Source of the DNA: an uncultured Roseicyclus sp.
GTDB lineage: Bacteria > Pseudomonadota > Alphaproteobacteria > Rhodobacterales > Rhodobacteraceae
DNA: 62,330 nt
Assembly (NCBI GenBank): GCA_964629305.1
Contig: CAZVQL010000001.1
Span: forward strand, 1 to 62,330
Reading direction: 5' to 3'
This document shows, piece after piece, positions 45,550 to 56,448 of this stretch. Both the position numbers and the translations under genes were made by a program. Below the pieces are notes generated by a model. The model was not told where the DNA came from and made no database searches. It saw nothing but the letters and a program-made list of their open reading frames with translations. Positions within the stretch are counted from its first letter, which is position 1. The number at the start of each line of letters is the position of its first letter.

Positions 45550-46532
45550 GGCAGATCCTGAAATCCCGCGAGGTGCTGCTGGTTGGCGTGATCCTTGCCC
45601 TTCTTGCGCTGATCGCCAGCCGGTTTCCTGCCTTCATCCGGCCCGAGAACCTTGTCGGTGTCTTCACCGACACCTCGCCGCTGATCATCCTGGCGCTGGG
45701 GCAGGCGGTGGTGATCCTGACGCGCTGCATCGACCTGTCGGTTGCCTCGAACCTCGCGCTGACCGGGATGGTGTGCGCGATGCTGAACGTCGCCTTCCCC
45801 GGAATGCCCATCGCCGTGATCCTCGTGGTCGCTGTGTCGCTCGGCGCGCTTCTGGGGGCCTTCAACGGCATCCTCGTCTGGAAGCTGGACATCCCGCCGA
45901 TCGTGGTCACGCTGGGCACGCTCACCATCTACCGCGGGCTGATTTTCGTCATTTCCGACGGTGCCTGGGTCAACGCGCACGAGATGAGCGCGGCCTTTAC
46001 CGGCGTGCCGCGGGCCGAGATCCTCGGCCTTCCCGTGATGGCCTGGCTTGCGGTCCTTGCCACGGCGGTCCTGCTGGTTGTCGTCGCGCGCACGCCTTTG
46101 GGCCGCGCATTCTACGCGGTGGGTGGCAACCCCCATGCGGCGGTCTACACCGGGCTGAACGTCGGGCGCACGCAGTTCTGGGCCTTTGTCATCTCGGGCG
46201 CTCTGGCAGGGTTGACCGGCTACCTCTGGGTTGCCCGCTACTCGGTGGCTTACGTCGATATCGCCCGCGGCTTCGAGCTGGAGGTGGTGGCCGCCTGCGT
46301 TATCGGCGGCATCGCCATCGCGGGTGGCGCCGGCACGCTGGTCGGCGCGGTCCTCGGCGCGCTCTTCCTCGGCATCATCAAGAACGCGCTGCCGGTCGTC
46401 GGCATCTCGCCCTTCTGGCAGCTGGCGATTTCGGGGGCGGCCATCGTCATCGCCGTCACCTTCAACGCACGGGCTGCGCGGGCCAAGGGCCGGTTGATCC
46501 TGAAACGCGCCGAACAGGAGGCACAGGCATGA
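45546..46532 (+). CDS. rhaP: Rhamnose ABC transporter permease
   Basis: LTRCIDLSVA, GRAFYAVGGNP, ELEVVAACVIGG. Confidence 0.88.
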   Translation: MRQILKSREVLLVGVILALLALIASRFPAFIRPENLVGVFTDTSPLIILALGQAVVILTRCIDLSVASNLALTGMVCAMLNVAFPGMPIAVILVVAVSLGALLGAFNGILVWKLDIPPIVVTLGTLTIYRGLIFVISDGAWVNAHEMSAAFTGVPRAEILGLPVMAWLAVLATAVLLVVVARTPLGRAFYAVGGNPHAAVYTGLNVGRTQFWAFVISGALAGLTGYLWVARYSVAYVDIARGFELEVVAACVIGGIAIAGGAGTLVGAVLGALFLGIIKNALPVVGISPFWQLAISGAAIVIAVTFNARAARAKGRLILKRAEQEAQA

Positions 46533-47512
46533 CCGACACCAGCCGTCACGTCCCCGACCGGTTGCAAAGCCCGGTGCTGAAGGCGCTGAAGTCGTGGGAA
46601 AGCCTGCTGCTGGCCGTGGCCATCGCGATCTTCATCACCAACAGCTTCACCTCGCCGTTCTTTCTGAACGCCTGGAACCTGAGCGACGCGACCTTCAACT
46701 TCACCGAAAAGGCGATGATCGCCTTCGCCATGGCGCTCTTGATCATCGCGGGCGAGATCGACCTGAGCGTCGCCTCGATCATCGCGCTGGCCTCGACCGC
46801 GATGGGCTGGGCGCTGCAATTCGACGTGGGCACATGGGGCCTTGTCGTGATCGGCCTGACCACGGGCCTTCTGTGCGGGGCGTTCAACGGGTTCCTCGTC
46901 ACGGGCCTTGGCCTGCCGTCGATCGTGGTGACGATCGGCACGATGAGCCTGTTTCGCGGCATTTCCTATATCGTGCTGGGCGATCAGGGCTTCCGCGGCT
47001 ACCCGAGCGATTTCGCCTTCTTCGGCCAGGGCTATGTCTGGTGGGTGATCTCGTTCGAATTCGTCCTCTTCGCGGCGCTGGCGGTGATCTATTACGTGCT
47101 GCTGCACCGCACAAATTTCGGCCGCGCGGTCTATGCCATCGGCAACAACCCCACTGGCGCGCTGTTTTCCGGCATCCGGGTCGCGCGGGTGAAGTTCATC
47201 CTGTTCCTTCTGACGGGCCTCATGTCGGGGGTCGCCGCCGTCTGCCTGACCTCGCGGTTGGGTTCCACCCGGCCCACGATCGCGCTGGGGTGGGAGCTTG
47301 AGGTCGTGACCATGGTCGTCCTCGGCGGGGTCAGCATCCTGGGCGGGTCGGGGTCGATCCCCGGTGTCGTCATCGCGGCCTTCGTCATGGGTCTTGTAAC
47401 CTTCGGGCTGGGGCTACTGAACGTGCCGGGGATCGTGATGTCGATCTTCATCGGCTGCCTGCTGATCGGGGTCATCGCGCTGCCCCGCCTGTGGTCCATG
47501 TGGAGACGCTGA
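46529..47512 (+). CDS. rhaQ: Rhamnose ABC transporter permease
   Basis: [31 protein letters not shown]. Confidence 0.88.
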   Translation: MTDTSRHVPDRLQSPVLKALKSWESLLLAVAIAIFITNSFTSPFFLNAWNLSDATFNFTEKAMIAFAMALLIIAGEIDLSVASIIALASTAMGWALQFDVGTWGLVVIGLTTGLLCGAFNGFLVTGLGLPSIVVTIGTMSLFRGISYIVLGDQGFRGYPSDFAFFGQGYVWWVISFEFVLFAALAVIYYVLLHRTNFGRAVYAIGNNPTGALFSGIRVARVKFILFLLTGLMSGVAAVCLTSRLGSTRPTIALGWELEVVTMVVLGGVSILGGSGSIPGVVIAAFVMGLVTFGLGLLNVPGIVMSIFIGCLLIGVIALPRLWSMWRR

Positions 47513-47826
47513 TGGAAAAATACGCCTTCAGGATGCAGCTGAACCCCGGCTGCCGCGAGGAATACCGCAAGCGTCATGACGAGATCTGGCCCGAATTGGT
47601 CACGCTTCTGCGAGAGGCAGGGGTGTCTGATTACTCGATCCATCTCGACGAGGAGACGGGGCTGCTCTTCGGCGTGCTCTGGCGGACCGAGGATCACGGC
47701 ATGGACGCGCTGCCTGATCACCCGGTGATGAAACGCTGGTGGGCCCACATGGCCGACATCATGGCGACGAACCCCGACAACTCGCCTGTCGCCGTGCCGC
47801 TGACGCCCGTCTTTCACATGCCATGA
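47512..47826 (+). CDS. rhaM: L-rhamnose mutarotase
   Basis: [33 protein letters not shown]. Confidence 0.93.
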   Translation: MEKYAFRMQLNPGCREEYRKRHDEIWPELVTLLREAGVSDYSIHLDEETGLLFGVLWRTEDHGMDALPDHPVMKRWWAHMADIMATNPDNSPVAVPLTPVFHMP

Positions 47827-49172
47827 GCCACGTCGCTGTCATCGACATCGGCAAGACCAACGCGAAGCTTGCGCTGGTCGACATGGCCGACCTGTCGGAA
47901 ATCGCGGTGCGCACACGGCCGAACACCGTGCGCCCTGGGCCGCCCTGGCCGCATTTCGACCTGGAGGGCCATTGGGATTTCCTGATCGCCGGGCTGGCCG
48001 AGATGCACCGCAGCCACGGGATCGACGCCATTTCGGTGACGACACACGGCGCCGCGGCGGTGTTGCTCGACGCGCAGGGAAACCTGGCCGCGCCAATGCT
48101 CGACTACGAGCATGATGGCCCCGACCGGATTGCCGCCGACTATGACGCGATCCGCCCCGAGTTCGCACAGACAGGCTCGCCGCGCCTGCCGCAGGGCCTG
48201 AACCTTGGGGCGCAGCTGCATTGGCAGCTGGGCGAGGAGCACGACCTTTTGCAGCGCACGGCCCATGTGCTGACCTATCCGCAATACTGGGGCTACCGCC
48301 TGACCGGCGAGATGGCCTGCGATGTCTGTTCGCTGGGGTGCCACACCGACCTGTGGGACCCATTCGCCGTGTCCTTCACTGATCTGCCCGAGCGTCTTGG
48401 CCTTGCCGGGCGGTTTGCCCCGCCGCGGCGACCGGGCGACACGCTGGGTCACCTCCGCCCCGAGATCGCGGCTGCGACGGGCCTTCCCCGCGGCCTTCCG
48501 GTGGCGGTCGGTATCCATGATTCGAACGCGTCGCTCGTGCCGCATCTGCTGTCGGCGGCACCGCCCTTTTCCGTGGTCTCGACGGGAACATGGGTCGTTT
48601 CCATGTGCATGGGTGGTGATTTGGTAGCGCTTGATCCCGCGCGGGATACCTTGGTCAACGTGAACGCAGAAGGCCACCCGGTGCCCTCCGCCCGCTTCAT
48701 GGGCGGCAGGGAATACGAATTGATCCGAGACCCCGACGCCGCCACCACGCCCGAGGATATCGCGCAGGTGCTTGCAGAAGGGGTGATGCTGCTCCCGTCC
48801 GTCGTGGCGGGATCGGGGCCCTTTCCGGACCGAGGGGCGCGCTGGATCGGCGCGGAGCCCAAGGGCGGGGTCCGCAACGCGGCGCTCGATCTCTATCTCG
48901 CCCTGATGACCGCGTCCTGCCTTGGGCTGATCGGCCACCGCGGTATGGCCATCGTCGAGGGGCCATTCGCCCGCAATCCTGTTTTCCTCGACGCGCTCAG
49001 TGCGGCGACGGGCGGCCCGGTCGCTCCCTCGCATGGCCAGACGGGGACGAGCCGGGGGGCGAGCCTGCTCATCGGCGAGGCGTCGGCCGGTGCCATCGCG
49101 CGGCCTGATCCGCATGTCGCCTCTGCCCTCGACGGGTTTGACGCCTATGCGCGAGCTTGGCGCATGGCATAG
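47823..49172 (+). CDS. rhaK: FGGY-family carbohydrate kinase (rhamnulokinase)
   Basis: [40 protein letters not shown]. Confidence 0.88.
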   Translation: MSHVAVIDIGKTNAKLALVDMADLSEIAVRTRPNTVRPGPPWPHFDLEGHWDFLIAGLAEMHRSHGIDAISVTTHGAAAVLLDAQGNLAAPMLDYEHDGPDRIAADYDAIRPEFAQTGSPRLPQGLNLGAQLHWQLGEEHDLLQRTAHVLTYPQYWGYRLTGEMACDVCSLGCHTDLWDPFAVSFTDLPERLGLAGRFAPPRRPGDTLGHLRPEIAAATGLPRGLPVAVGIHDSNASLVPHLLSAAPPFSVVSTGTWVVSMCMGGDLVALDPARDTLVNVNAEGHPVPSARFMGGREYELIRDPDAATTPEDIAQVLAEGVMLLPSVVAGSGPFPDRGARWIGAEPKGGVRNAALDLYLALMTASCLGLIGHRGMAIVEGPFARNPVFLDALSAATGGPVAPSHGQTGTSRGASLLIGEASAGAIARPDPHVASALDGFDAYARAWRMA

Positions 49173-49310
49173 CCGTTTTTCGGCACGCGACGGACCTGTC
49201 CCTTCGGCATCACTCAATCTTGATACGGGCTTGATTGGCTTTCTCGGTCGACCTGACCAACGATCGCGACTTGATCGCGCGCAAAACTGCGGCGTTTTAG
49301 GGGGTACGGC

Positions 49311-50690
49311 ATGTCATCATCGTTGAGCGTTCGGTCACTGGTTGTTGCGACTTCCATCGCCTTGGCCCTTCACGGGGGCGACGGACTTCAGGCCCAGACG
49401 GCCGACAGCCTTCCCGACTACGTGATCGCCGAATTCGGGCGTCCGCCGCCCGTACCCGCAGGTCCGCTTGCCGATGGGCTGGCACAGGATATCCGCACCG
49501 CCTTCATCGACAGCATTACCCAGTCGCAATGGGGCGATGCCCAGACCGAGGCGCTGGCGCGGATCGCCGCCTCGGACGATCCGCGGATCGGTTGGCTCGT
49601 CAGCGACATGATGCGCTTCGTCAGCAGCGGTCGGTTGACTGTCGCGCTGTCCGAGACCGCCGCCGATCTGCTCGGGATCGACCCGCCGCGGAGAAACCAT
49701 TGGGATGAGATCACCAACCATCTGATCGCCTGGGATATCCCGGCGCCGCCGGATTACCTCGCCACGAAACGTGCCATCTTCACCACGATCTTCCCCGGCT
49801 GGGAGCGGCTGTTCGTAGAGGGAGATATCGACTGGCGGCTGGTTTCGTGGGGTGGTGTGCCGATCGACGCACGGCCCTTCGGGCGCACCGACGAGCCGTG
49901 CAACTGCATTCCCGCCGCAGACAATCCGGCAGTAACCACCGCCGCCGAGGCGACCTGGCTTTCCGATGATTCCATCGTCTTCGGGATTGTGGTGAACGGC
50001 GAGGCCCGCGCCTATCCGCGCCGCATCATGGAGGTGCGGGAGATGGTTAACGACACGCTGGGCGGGCGTGACCTCGGGATACCCTACTGCACCCTCTGCG
50101 GCGCGGCACAGGCCTATTTCACGGACAATCTGCCAAGGGGAATGCGGCGCCCGGTCCTGCGTACCTCGGGTCTTCTGATCCGGTCCAACAAGGTCATGTT
50201 CGACCTGAACACGTATTCTGTGTTCGACACGTTCCTCGGGCGGGCCGTCACCGGGCCGCTTGGCGCTCGTGGCCTCCAGCTCGAGCAGGTCAGCGTCATC
50301 ACCACCGATTGGGGCAACTGGCGCAGGGCGCATCCGGACACCACTGTTCTGGTAGAAGAGTTGGCTCTGGGCCGCGACTTCGACTTCCGCAACGGGCGAG
50401 ATGCGGACGGGCCGATCTTTCCGGTAGGGGATGTCGATCCGCGCCTGCCGGTCCACGAGGATGTCATCGGTGTGGTGACCGCTTCGGGGCAGCCTGTCGC
50501 CTTCCAACGCAGCGCGGCAATGGTGGCGCTGGCGCGTGGTGAACAAATCGGGTTCGAGAACGTGCGCCTCCGGCTCGAGGCGGGCGGCATCCGCGCGGTC
50601 GATGCGGTCGGGTCCGACCTCGGCAGTCATCAGGCCTTTTGGTTCGCCTGGTCGCAGTTTCACCCCGGCACCGCCCTCTGGCCGGGCTGA
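49311..50690 (+). CDS. DUF3179 domain-containing exported protein
   Basis: Signal peptide; WGGV, CNCIPAADNP, EARAYP, EMVNDT, YCTLCG, SGLL..SN..MFD, AFWFAWSQFHP. Confidence 0.8.
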   Translation: MSSSLSVRSLVVATSIALALHGGDGLQAQTADSLPDYVIAEFGRPPPVPAGPLADGLAQDIRTAFIDSITQSQWGDAQTEALARIAASDDPRIGWLVSDMMRFVSSGRLTVALSETAADLLGIDPPRRNHWDEITNHLIAWDIPAPPDYLATKRAIFTTIFPGWERLFVEGDIDWRLVSWGGVPIDARPFGRTDEPCNCIPAADNPAVTTAAEATWLSDDSIVFGIVVNGEARAYPRRIMEVREMVNDTLGGRDLGIPYCTLCGAAQAYFTDNLPRGMRRPVLRTSGLLIRSNKVMFDLNTYSVFDTFLGRAVTGPLGARGLQLEQVSVITTDWGNWRRAHPDTTVLVEELALGRDFDFRNGRDADGPIFPVGDVDPRLPVHEDVIGVVTASGQPVAFQRSAAMVALARGEQIGFENVRLRLEAGGIRAVDAVGSDLGSHQAFWFAWSQFHPGTALWPG

Positions 50691-50798
50691 GCCTGCGCTG
50701 CACTGTTTCGCCTGCCCGAAGGTCGTGTAAAGCTGCAGCCAAAGCCAAAGGTCGGCACCGTCACCCGTGTCGATGGCGACCTCGGCAGCGGAGGGATC

Positions 50799-51779
50799 AT
50801 GAAGGTTCTCATCATCGGTGCCGGCGGCATGATCGGCACCAAGCTTGCGGCGCGTATCGCCGCCGACGGTGTGCTTGCCGGGCAGGCTGTCAATCGGCTC
50901 GACCTTGTGGATGTCGCGGAGCCCGTCGTGCCGGCCGGGGCAAGGGACATTGGGCGCGCCATGGCGCTCGACCTGACGGAAGACGGTGCAGCCGAAAGCC
51001 TCGTGAAGGATCGCCCCGATGTGGTCTTTCATCTTGCCGCCGTGGTATCCGGCGCGGCCGAGGCGGATTTCGAACTGGGCTACCGCGTGAACCTCGATGC
51101 CACGCGGGCCCTTTTCGAAGCGATCCGTCACGCGCACCTCGCCGATGGCTATTGCCCCCGGCTGATCTTCACCTCGTCCCTCGCGGTCTACGGCGCGCCG
51201 CTGCCGGACCTGATCCCCGACGATCACATCCGCGCCCCGCACACGAGCTACGGCACCCAGAAGGCAATCACCGAGTTGCTGCTCGATGACTACACGCGGC
51301 GTGGCTTTCTCGACGGCCTCGGCCTTCGCCTGCCGACCATCGTGATCCGGCCCGGGCTGCCCAACGCGGCGGCCTCGGGGTTCTTCTCGGGCATCCTGCG
51401 CGAGCCGCTGGCGGGGCAGCGCAGTGTGCTTCCCGTTGCGGACAGCACGCGGCATTGGCTGGCGAGCCCCCGCGCCGCGGTAGGGTTCCTTGTCCATGCG
51501 GCGGGCCTTGATGGGGCGGACGTTGGCCCGCGACGGACACTGACCATGCCAGGCGTCGATTGCACCGTCGCCGACCAGATCGCGGCGCTTGAACGGCGCG
51601 CGGGGTCCGAGGCCGTGGCGTTGATCGACCGCGTGCCGGACCCCGGCATCGCGGCAATCATCAACAGTTGGCCGCGCGCCTTTGCGCCAGATGCTGCGCA
51701 GCGGCTGGGGTTCGTAGCGGAAACGACCGTAGACGAATTGATCGACGTTTATCTCGAGGATGACGCGCCAAGGGCGTAG
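50799..51779 (+). CDS. denD: D-erythronate dehydrogenase (NAD-dependent epimerase fold)
   Basis: GAGGMIG, HLAAVVSGAAEADF, SYGTQK, RPGLPNAAASGFFSGILREPL; next to otn genes. Confidence 0.85.
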   Translation: MKVLIIGAGGMIGTKLAARIAADGVLAGQAVNRLDLVDVAEPVVPAGARDIGRAMALDLTEDGAAESLVKDRPDVVFHLAAVVSGAAEADFELGYRVNLDATRALFEAIRHAHLADGYCPRLIFTSSLAVYGAPLPDLIPDDHIRAPHTSYGTQKAITELLLDDYTRRGFLDGLGLRLPTIVIRPGLPNAAASGFFSGILREPLAGQRSVLPVADSTRHWLASPRAAVGFLVHAAGLDGADVGPRRTLTMPGVDCTVADQIAALERRAGSEAVALIDRVPDPGIAAIINSWPRAFAPDAAQRLGFVAETTVDELIDVYLEDDAPRA

Positions 51780-51784
51780 CGCGG

Positions 51785-52549
51785 CTAGCGCAGCGTCCCC
51801 ATCCAGCCCAGCGTCGCCTCGGTCGGGCCGCCCGGCTTGTACTCTGCGCCCAGCGGCTTGTTCCATCCGAGCGCGGCGATCTCGGCAAAGACGGCGCCAT
51901 AGTCGACCTCGCCATGATCCGGTGCACCGCGGTCTGGGACGGCGGCGAACTGGATATGCCCGATCAAGGGCAGAAGCGCGCGCAGGCGTCCGATCACGTC
52001 CCCCTCGGTCCGGCCCACGTGGTAGCAATCGAACATCAGCCGCAGGTTCGGCGCGCCGATCTCTTCGATCAGATCGGCGGCCTGCGCCGTGGTGTTCAGG
52101 AAATAGCCGGGCGCGTCGAAGCGGTTGAGCGGCTCGATCAGGATGATCCGATCCGACGCGGCGGCCCTGTCACAGGCATAGGTCAACGTATCGACAAAGG
52201 CTGCGCGGGCGTCCTCGCCAGCCGCGAAGCCGGCCATGACATGCACGGCACCCGCGTCGACGGCCTCGGCATAGCTCAGCGCTTCGTCAACGGCGGCGCG
52301 TGCCTCGGTCGATCGACCGGGCAGGGCGGCCAGCCCGTTTTCGCCCACTGTCACGTCGCCACGTCGGGTGTTGAGGCCAAGCATCGGCAGCCCTGTCTCC
52401 TCCAGCGCGGCGGCAACCTCGCCCATGGGCACATCGTAGGGCCAGTGGCACTCCACCGCGTCAAAGCCCGCCTTGGCCGCGGCGCGGATCGCGTCGGGCA
52501 AGGGGCGGTCAGTCCAGAGAAACCCGAGATTGGCGGACAAGAGCGTCAT
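51785..52549 (-). CDS. otnI: 2-oxo-tetronate isomerase (hydroxypyruvate isomerase family)
   Basis: SANLGFLW, GFDAVE, IEPLN, FDCYH, GHIQFA..PDRGAP, GAEYKP. Confidence 0.8.
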   Translation of the reverse strand: MTLLSANLGFLWTDRPLPDAIRAAAKAGFDAVECHWPYDVPMGEVAAALEETGLPMLGLNTRRGDVTVGENGLAALPGRSTEARAAVDEALSYAEAVDAGAVHVMAGFAAGEDARAAFVDTLTYACDRAAASDRIILIEPLNRFDAPGYFLNTTAQAADLIEEIGAPNLRLMFDCYHVGRTEGDVIGRLRALLPLIGHIQFAAVPDRGAPDHGEVDYGAVFAEIAALGWNKPLGAEYKPGGPTEATLGWMGTLR

Positions 52550-53193
52550 GCATCCCACTCCACGTTGAAGGCGGTGACGACGGCGCGCACCTGCTCATCA
52601 CTCAAGGCGCGGGCGTTGGTTCCGCGCAGAAGCAGAGCAAGGCGCGCGGTCGCCTCCAGCTCTTCGATGGCGGTGCAGGCGGCCTCCACGTCCTTGCCCG
52701 CGACGACGGGGCCATGATTGGCCAGCATCACCGCGCTGCGCTTGCCCGCCAGTCCGCGCACGGCCTCCCCCATTGCGGGATCGCCCGGCACGAAGAAGGG
52801 CAAGAGCTTCACTCGCCCAAGCTTCATGATCGCATAGGGCGTGAGCGGGGGCAGGAAATCGTCGGCATCTGCATCGGGCATCATCGACAGCGCGACGGAA
52901 TGACAGGAATGCAGATGCACCACCGCGCCCGCGGTGCTCCGCGTGTCGTAAAAGGCGCTGTGCAGCGGCATTTCCTTGGTCGGCGGATCACCCCCGATCA
53001 GGCGTCCGGCCGCGTCGAACCGGCTGAGCCGCGCGGGGTCGAGGCGGCCGAAACTGCTGCCCGTGGGTGACACCAGAAGCCCCCCGTCCTCGGTACGGGC
53101 CGAAATGTTTCCTGTGCTGCCGTGGGTCAGCCCCCTGTCGAAGAGCGAGGCGGCCAGCGTGCAGATCTGTTCGCGCAGCGCGGTCTCGCTCAT
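52546..53193 (-). CDS. otnC: 3-oxo-tetronate 4-phosphate decarboxylase (class II aldolase family)
   Basis: GSTGNIS, PTKEMPLH, VVHLHS, LANHGPV, EELEATA. Confidence 0.88.
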   Translation of the reverse strand: MSETALREQICTLAASLFDRGLTHGSTGNISARTEDGGLLVSPTGSSFGRLDPARLSRFDAAGRLIGGDPPTKEMPLHSAFYDTRSTAGAVVHLHSCHSVALSMMPDADADDFLPPLTPYAIMKLGRVKLLPFFVPGDPAMGEAVRGLAGKRSAVMLANHGPVVAGKDVEAACTAIEELEATARLALLLRGTNARALSDEQVRAVVTAFNVEWDA

Positions 53194-54431
53194 GGTGCAC
53201 CTGCCAGCAGGCGATCGGCCTTTTCAAAGAAATCCTCGGTGCCGAAGTTGCCTGATTTCAGCGCGACGACCAGGTCGGGCAGAGCGCGCAGCGCGGGGAC
53301 GCCCGGGTCGATCTCAGGCCCGATCTCGAGCCGTTGCAGGTTCAGTCCCTCGACCACCGCGCCCGAGGTTTCGCCCCCCGCGGTGATGACGCGCGTCGCA
53401 CCTGCGGCCACGCAGAGGCGGGCGACCTCGGCGAAGAAGTCTTCCAGTGCGGTGGCGGATGCCTCGCGGCCGAAACGGTCCTGAACGCGGGCGACCTCGG
53501 CCGGGTCGGCGGAACTGTAGGCTAGCGGCAGGCCGCCTGCGCTCATCAGCCAGTCGGCGATGTCGCTGGCGGCAAGCCGCCCCTCGATCACGTCGGCGGC
53601 GACGATCTCGCGCGCGGGGTGGCGGGCGGCGTGGTAGGCCACCTGCGCCCGGGTTGCCGTCGAACAGGAGCCCGATAGGACGATCGCGCGCCCCGGCTGC
53701 CCCTGCCACGGCACCGGTGCGGGCGTGCAGCCGAAATTCGCGGGCAGGCCAAGCGCCACGCCCGAACCGCCCGTGATCAGCGGCAGCCCCTTGGCCGCGC
53801 GCCCGATCTGGGTCAGGTCTTCGTCGCGGATCGCGTCCACCACGATCAGGCGATGGCCGGCGGCGTCCTGTTCCGTCAGGGCCGCGGCAATCCGATCCGC
53901 GCCCGCGAAAACGTCGGCGGCGGCCACATGCCCGACCGTGTGCCGCGTCTGCGGCGCGAGCCAGCGGCGGATGTCGGCATCTGTCATCGGCGTCAGCGGA
54001 TGGTTCTCCATCCCGCTTTCGTTCAGCAGGCGATCCTTTACGAAAAGATGCCCCTGGTAGACCGACCGCCCGGTGCCGGGAAAGGCTGGGCAGACGATGA
54101 CCTGTCGCGCGTCAAGCGCCTCGGCCAGCGCGTCGGCGACGGGGCCGATGTTGCCCTCGGGCGTCGAGTCGAAGGTCGAACAATACTTGTAGAAGATTTG
54201 CGTACAGCCCTGCGCGAGTAGCCAGTCCAGCGCTGCGAGCGATTGCCGAACGGCCTCGGCCGGGTCGATCGAGCGGGATTTCAGGGCGATGACGCCCGCG
54301 TCCGCCTCGGGGTCTGCGGGGCCGTCGGGGATGCCGGTGTATTGCACCACCCGCATGCCGCCCTTGGCGAGCGTGTTGGCCAGGTCGCTCGAACCGGTGA
54401 AATCATCCCCGATGCAGCCCAGACGCATCAT
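53190..54431 (-). CDS. otnK: 3-oxo-tetronate kinase (DUF1537 four-carbon acid sugar kinase)
   Basis: GDDFTGSSD, KYCSTFDST, HPLTPMTD, AGGETSG, LKSGNFG. Confidence 0.9.
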   Translation of the reverse strand: MMRLGCIGDDFTGSSDLANTLAKGGMRVVQYTGIPDGPADPEADAGVIALKSRSIDPAEAVRQSLAALDWLLAQGCTQIFYKYCSTFDSTPEGNIGPVADALAEALDARQVIVCPAFPGTGRSVYQGHLFVKDRLLNESGMENHPLTPMTDADIRRWLAPQTRHTVGHVAAADVFAGADRIAAALTEQDAAGHRLIVVDAIRDEDLTQIGRAAKGLPLITGGSGVALGLPANFGCTPAPVPWQGQPGRAIVLSGSCSTATRAQVAYHAARHPAREIVAADVIEGRLAASDIADWLMSAGGLPLAYSSADPAEVARVQDRFGREASATALEDFFAEVARLCVAAGATRVITAGGETSGAVVEGLNLQRLEIGPEIDPGVPALRALPDLVVALKSGNFGTEDFFEKADRLLAGAP

Positions 54432-55330
54432 GCCTCTCCCGGCAGTTTGAGTTGCGCGTTGCGGGCGTAGACCTTGGCCACGGCGGCGTCGTCTTCGCGC
54501 CCCAGCCCCATGCCGGACGCGGCGAGGTATTGCTGCATGGCGGCGGCGGTCAGCGGCGCGCCGAACCGCGCGCTCCGCGCGATGTCCAGCACGATGCCAA
54601 GGTCCTTGGGCCAGATATCCACCTGGCTCAGCGGCGTGTAATCACCCGCCACGATATGCGGCGCTCGGTTTTCCAGCATCCAGCTTGTCCCGGCGCAGCG
54701 CGGGATCACCTCGAGGAATGTCTCGGGCGAGATGCCCTGTGTCATGCCAAAGGTCATGGCCTCGGCCATCGCGGCGATATGCACACCGGCGAGCAGCTGG
54801 TTCACCGCCTTCATCGCCGAACCCGCCCCCGCCTCGGGGCCAAGCTCGAAGACCGTTTCGGCCATTGCGTCCAGCACGGGCCGTGCCGCGGCGAAGGCCT
54901 CCGGCGTGCCTGCGGCCATCACCGAGAGCGTGCCGGCCGCCGCCTTGGCCGCCCCGCCAGAGATCGGCGCGTCGAGGTAGTGCACCCCAACCTCGGCGCA
55001 GCGCGCCGCCATCTCGCGGGCAAAGGCGGGCGGCACCGTCGCGCAGGACAGAACAACCGCACCCTTGCGCAGACGCGGCACAAGACCGTCCTCGCCGAAG
55101 AGCACAGCCTCGGTCTGAGCCGCTGTCAGAACCACGACGACCGCGGCGTCGAGCGTTCCGGCCGCCTCGGACAGGTCACCGGGCGCGCCGCCTTCTGCGC
55201 GGAAGCGCGCCATGGGTTCGGGGGCGATGTCGACGCCAAGGGTGACATGGCCCGCCCTGAGGCAGGATTGCGCGATGCCATATCCCATGGCCCCTAGGCC
55301 GACGACGGCGATGGTCCGTTGATCTGGCAT
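54428..55330 (-). CDS. ltnD: L-threonate dehydrogenase
   Basis: GLGAMG, DAPISGG, KAVNQLLAGVHIAA, SWMLENR, KDLGIV. Confidence 0.88.
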   Translation of the reverse strand: MPDQRTIAVVGLGAMGYGIAQSCLRAGHVTLGVDIAPEPMARFRAEGGAPGDLSEAAGTLDAAVVVVLTAAQTEAVLFGEDGLVPRLRKGAVVLSCATVPPAFAREMAARCAEVGVHYLDAPISGGAAKAAAGTLSVMAAGTPEAFAAARPVLDAMAETVFELGPEAGAGSAMKAVNQLLAGVHIAAMAEAMTFGMTQGISPETFLEVIPRCAGTSWMLENRAPHIVAGDYTPLSQVDIWPKDLGIVLDIARSARFGAPLTAAAMQQYLAASGMGLGREDDAAVAKVYARNAQLKLPGEA

Positions 55331-55362
55331 GGTGCGGTATCCGTGATGCGAAACTTGACGAC

Positions 55363-55387
55363 TGGTACCGATACCGGTACCGATACC
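55363..55387. promoter_or_regulatory. Tandem LacI-type operator (GGTACCGATACC x2)
   Basis: TGGTACCGATACCGGTACCGATACC in the ltnD/LacI divergent gap; each unit is a near-palindrome with central CG. Confidence 0.6.
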
Positions 55388-55419
55388 AACCGTCAAGACC
55401 AACCCCAAGGACCGACCTA

Positions 55420-56448
55420 TTGGAGAGCAGACGGCGTGTAACCCTGGCCGATGTCGCGGCCCGTGCGGGTGTCAGCAAGATGTCCGCGTCCCGCGCGATG
55501 CGCGGCGCGGGCGACGTGTCGCGCGCCACGCTCGACAAGGTGCTCAAGGCGGCCAACGAGATCGGCTATACCGGCAACCCCCTTGCCGCGTCGCTGTCCG
55601 GTCAGCGCTCGGACCTGATCGGGGTCGTCGTACCCAGCGTCTCGAACATCGTCTTCGCCGAGGTGCTGGCAGGCATCGCCGAAGGGATCGAGGGCAGCGG
55701 GCTTCAGCCCGTCTTTGGCGTGACCGACTATGACCCGGACCGCGAGCATGCGGTCATCGCCAAGATGCTGTCCTGGCGGCCATCGGGCCTGATCGTGACG
55801 GGGCTCGACCAACGGGCTGACACACGTGCCCTGCTGGAGGGAAGCGACATCCCCGTCGTACAGATCATGGATCTGGACGGCACGCCGGTCGATGCCTGCG
55901 TCGGCTTTTCCCAAGCCGCCGCAGGGGCGGCGATGGCCGAGGCGCTGATCAAGGACGGCCGACGCCGGTTCGGCTATGTCGGTTGCAACCTCGGGCGCGA
56001 CACCCGCGCGCGCAAACGTTTGGCCGGGTTCACCGAGGCGCTCGCTCGCCATGGACTGCGCATCCTGGCCAGCGCGCAGCGCGATGCGGCCTCGACCACG
56101 ACACTGGGACGGGAGTTGACCGCGCAGCTGTTGCACGACCATCCGCAGCTCGACTGCATCTACTATTCCAACGACGATCTCGCCGCCGGCGGTGCCTTCC
56201 ATTGCATGGCCGCCGGGATCGAGGTGCCGGGCGCCCTCGGGCTTGCAGGGTTTAACGGGCTGGACCTGATCGAGAGCCTGCCTGTGGCGCTTGTAACGTC
56301 ACGCACCCCCCGCCGCGAGATCGGACGCACGGCGGCCCAGATCCTGCGCGACGGGGCGCGCAAGGGTCGTCACGAGACGGGCCAACGGGTGGAGCTGGTC
56401 CCCCACCTGACGCTGGGCGACCGGACCGGGTCCACCGCCGGTCAGTAG
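55420..56448 (+). CDS. LacI family transcriptional regulator
   Basis: TLADVAARAGVSKMSASRA HTH, GYTGNPLAASL, SNDDLAAG, AGFNG. Confidence 0.9.
   Translation: MESRRRVTLADVAARAGVSKMSASRAMRGAGDVSRATLDKVLKAANEIGYTGNPLAASLSGQRSDLIGVVVPSVSNIVFAEVLAGIAEGIEGSGLQPVFGVTDYDPDREHAVIAKMLSWRPSGLIVTGLDQRADTRALLEGSDIPVVQIMDLDGTPVDACVGFSQAAAGAAMAEALIKDGRRRFGYVGCNLGRDTRARKRLAGFTEALARHGLRILASAQRDAASTTTLGRELTAQLLHDHPQLDCIYYSNDDLAAGGAFHCMAAGIEVPGALGLAGFNGLDLIESLPVALVTSRTPRREIGRTAAQILRDGARKGRHETGQRVELVPHLTLGDRTGSTAGQ

Noticed and set aside
49335-52028. 897-aa minus-strand ORF
   Set aside because: Antisense shadow of DUF3179 and denD; no motifs; typical of stop-poor high-GC DNA.
55331-55408. N-terminal extension of ltnD (GIGTGIGT repeat)
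   Set aside because: It is the translation of the tandem operator; the ATG at 55330 fits the family start better.
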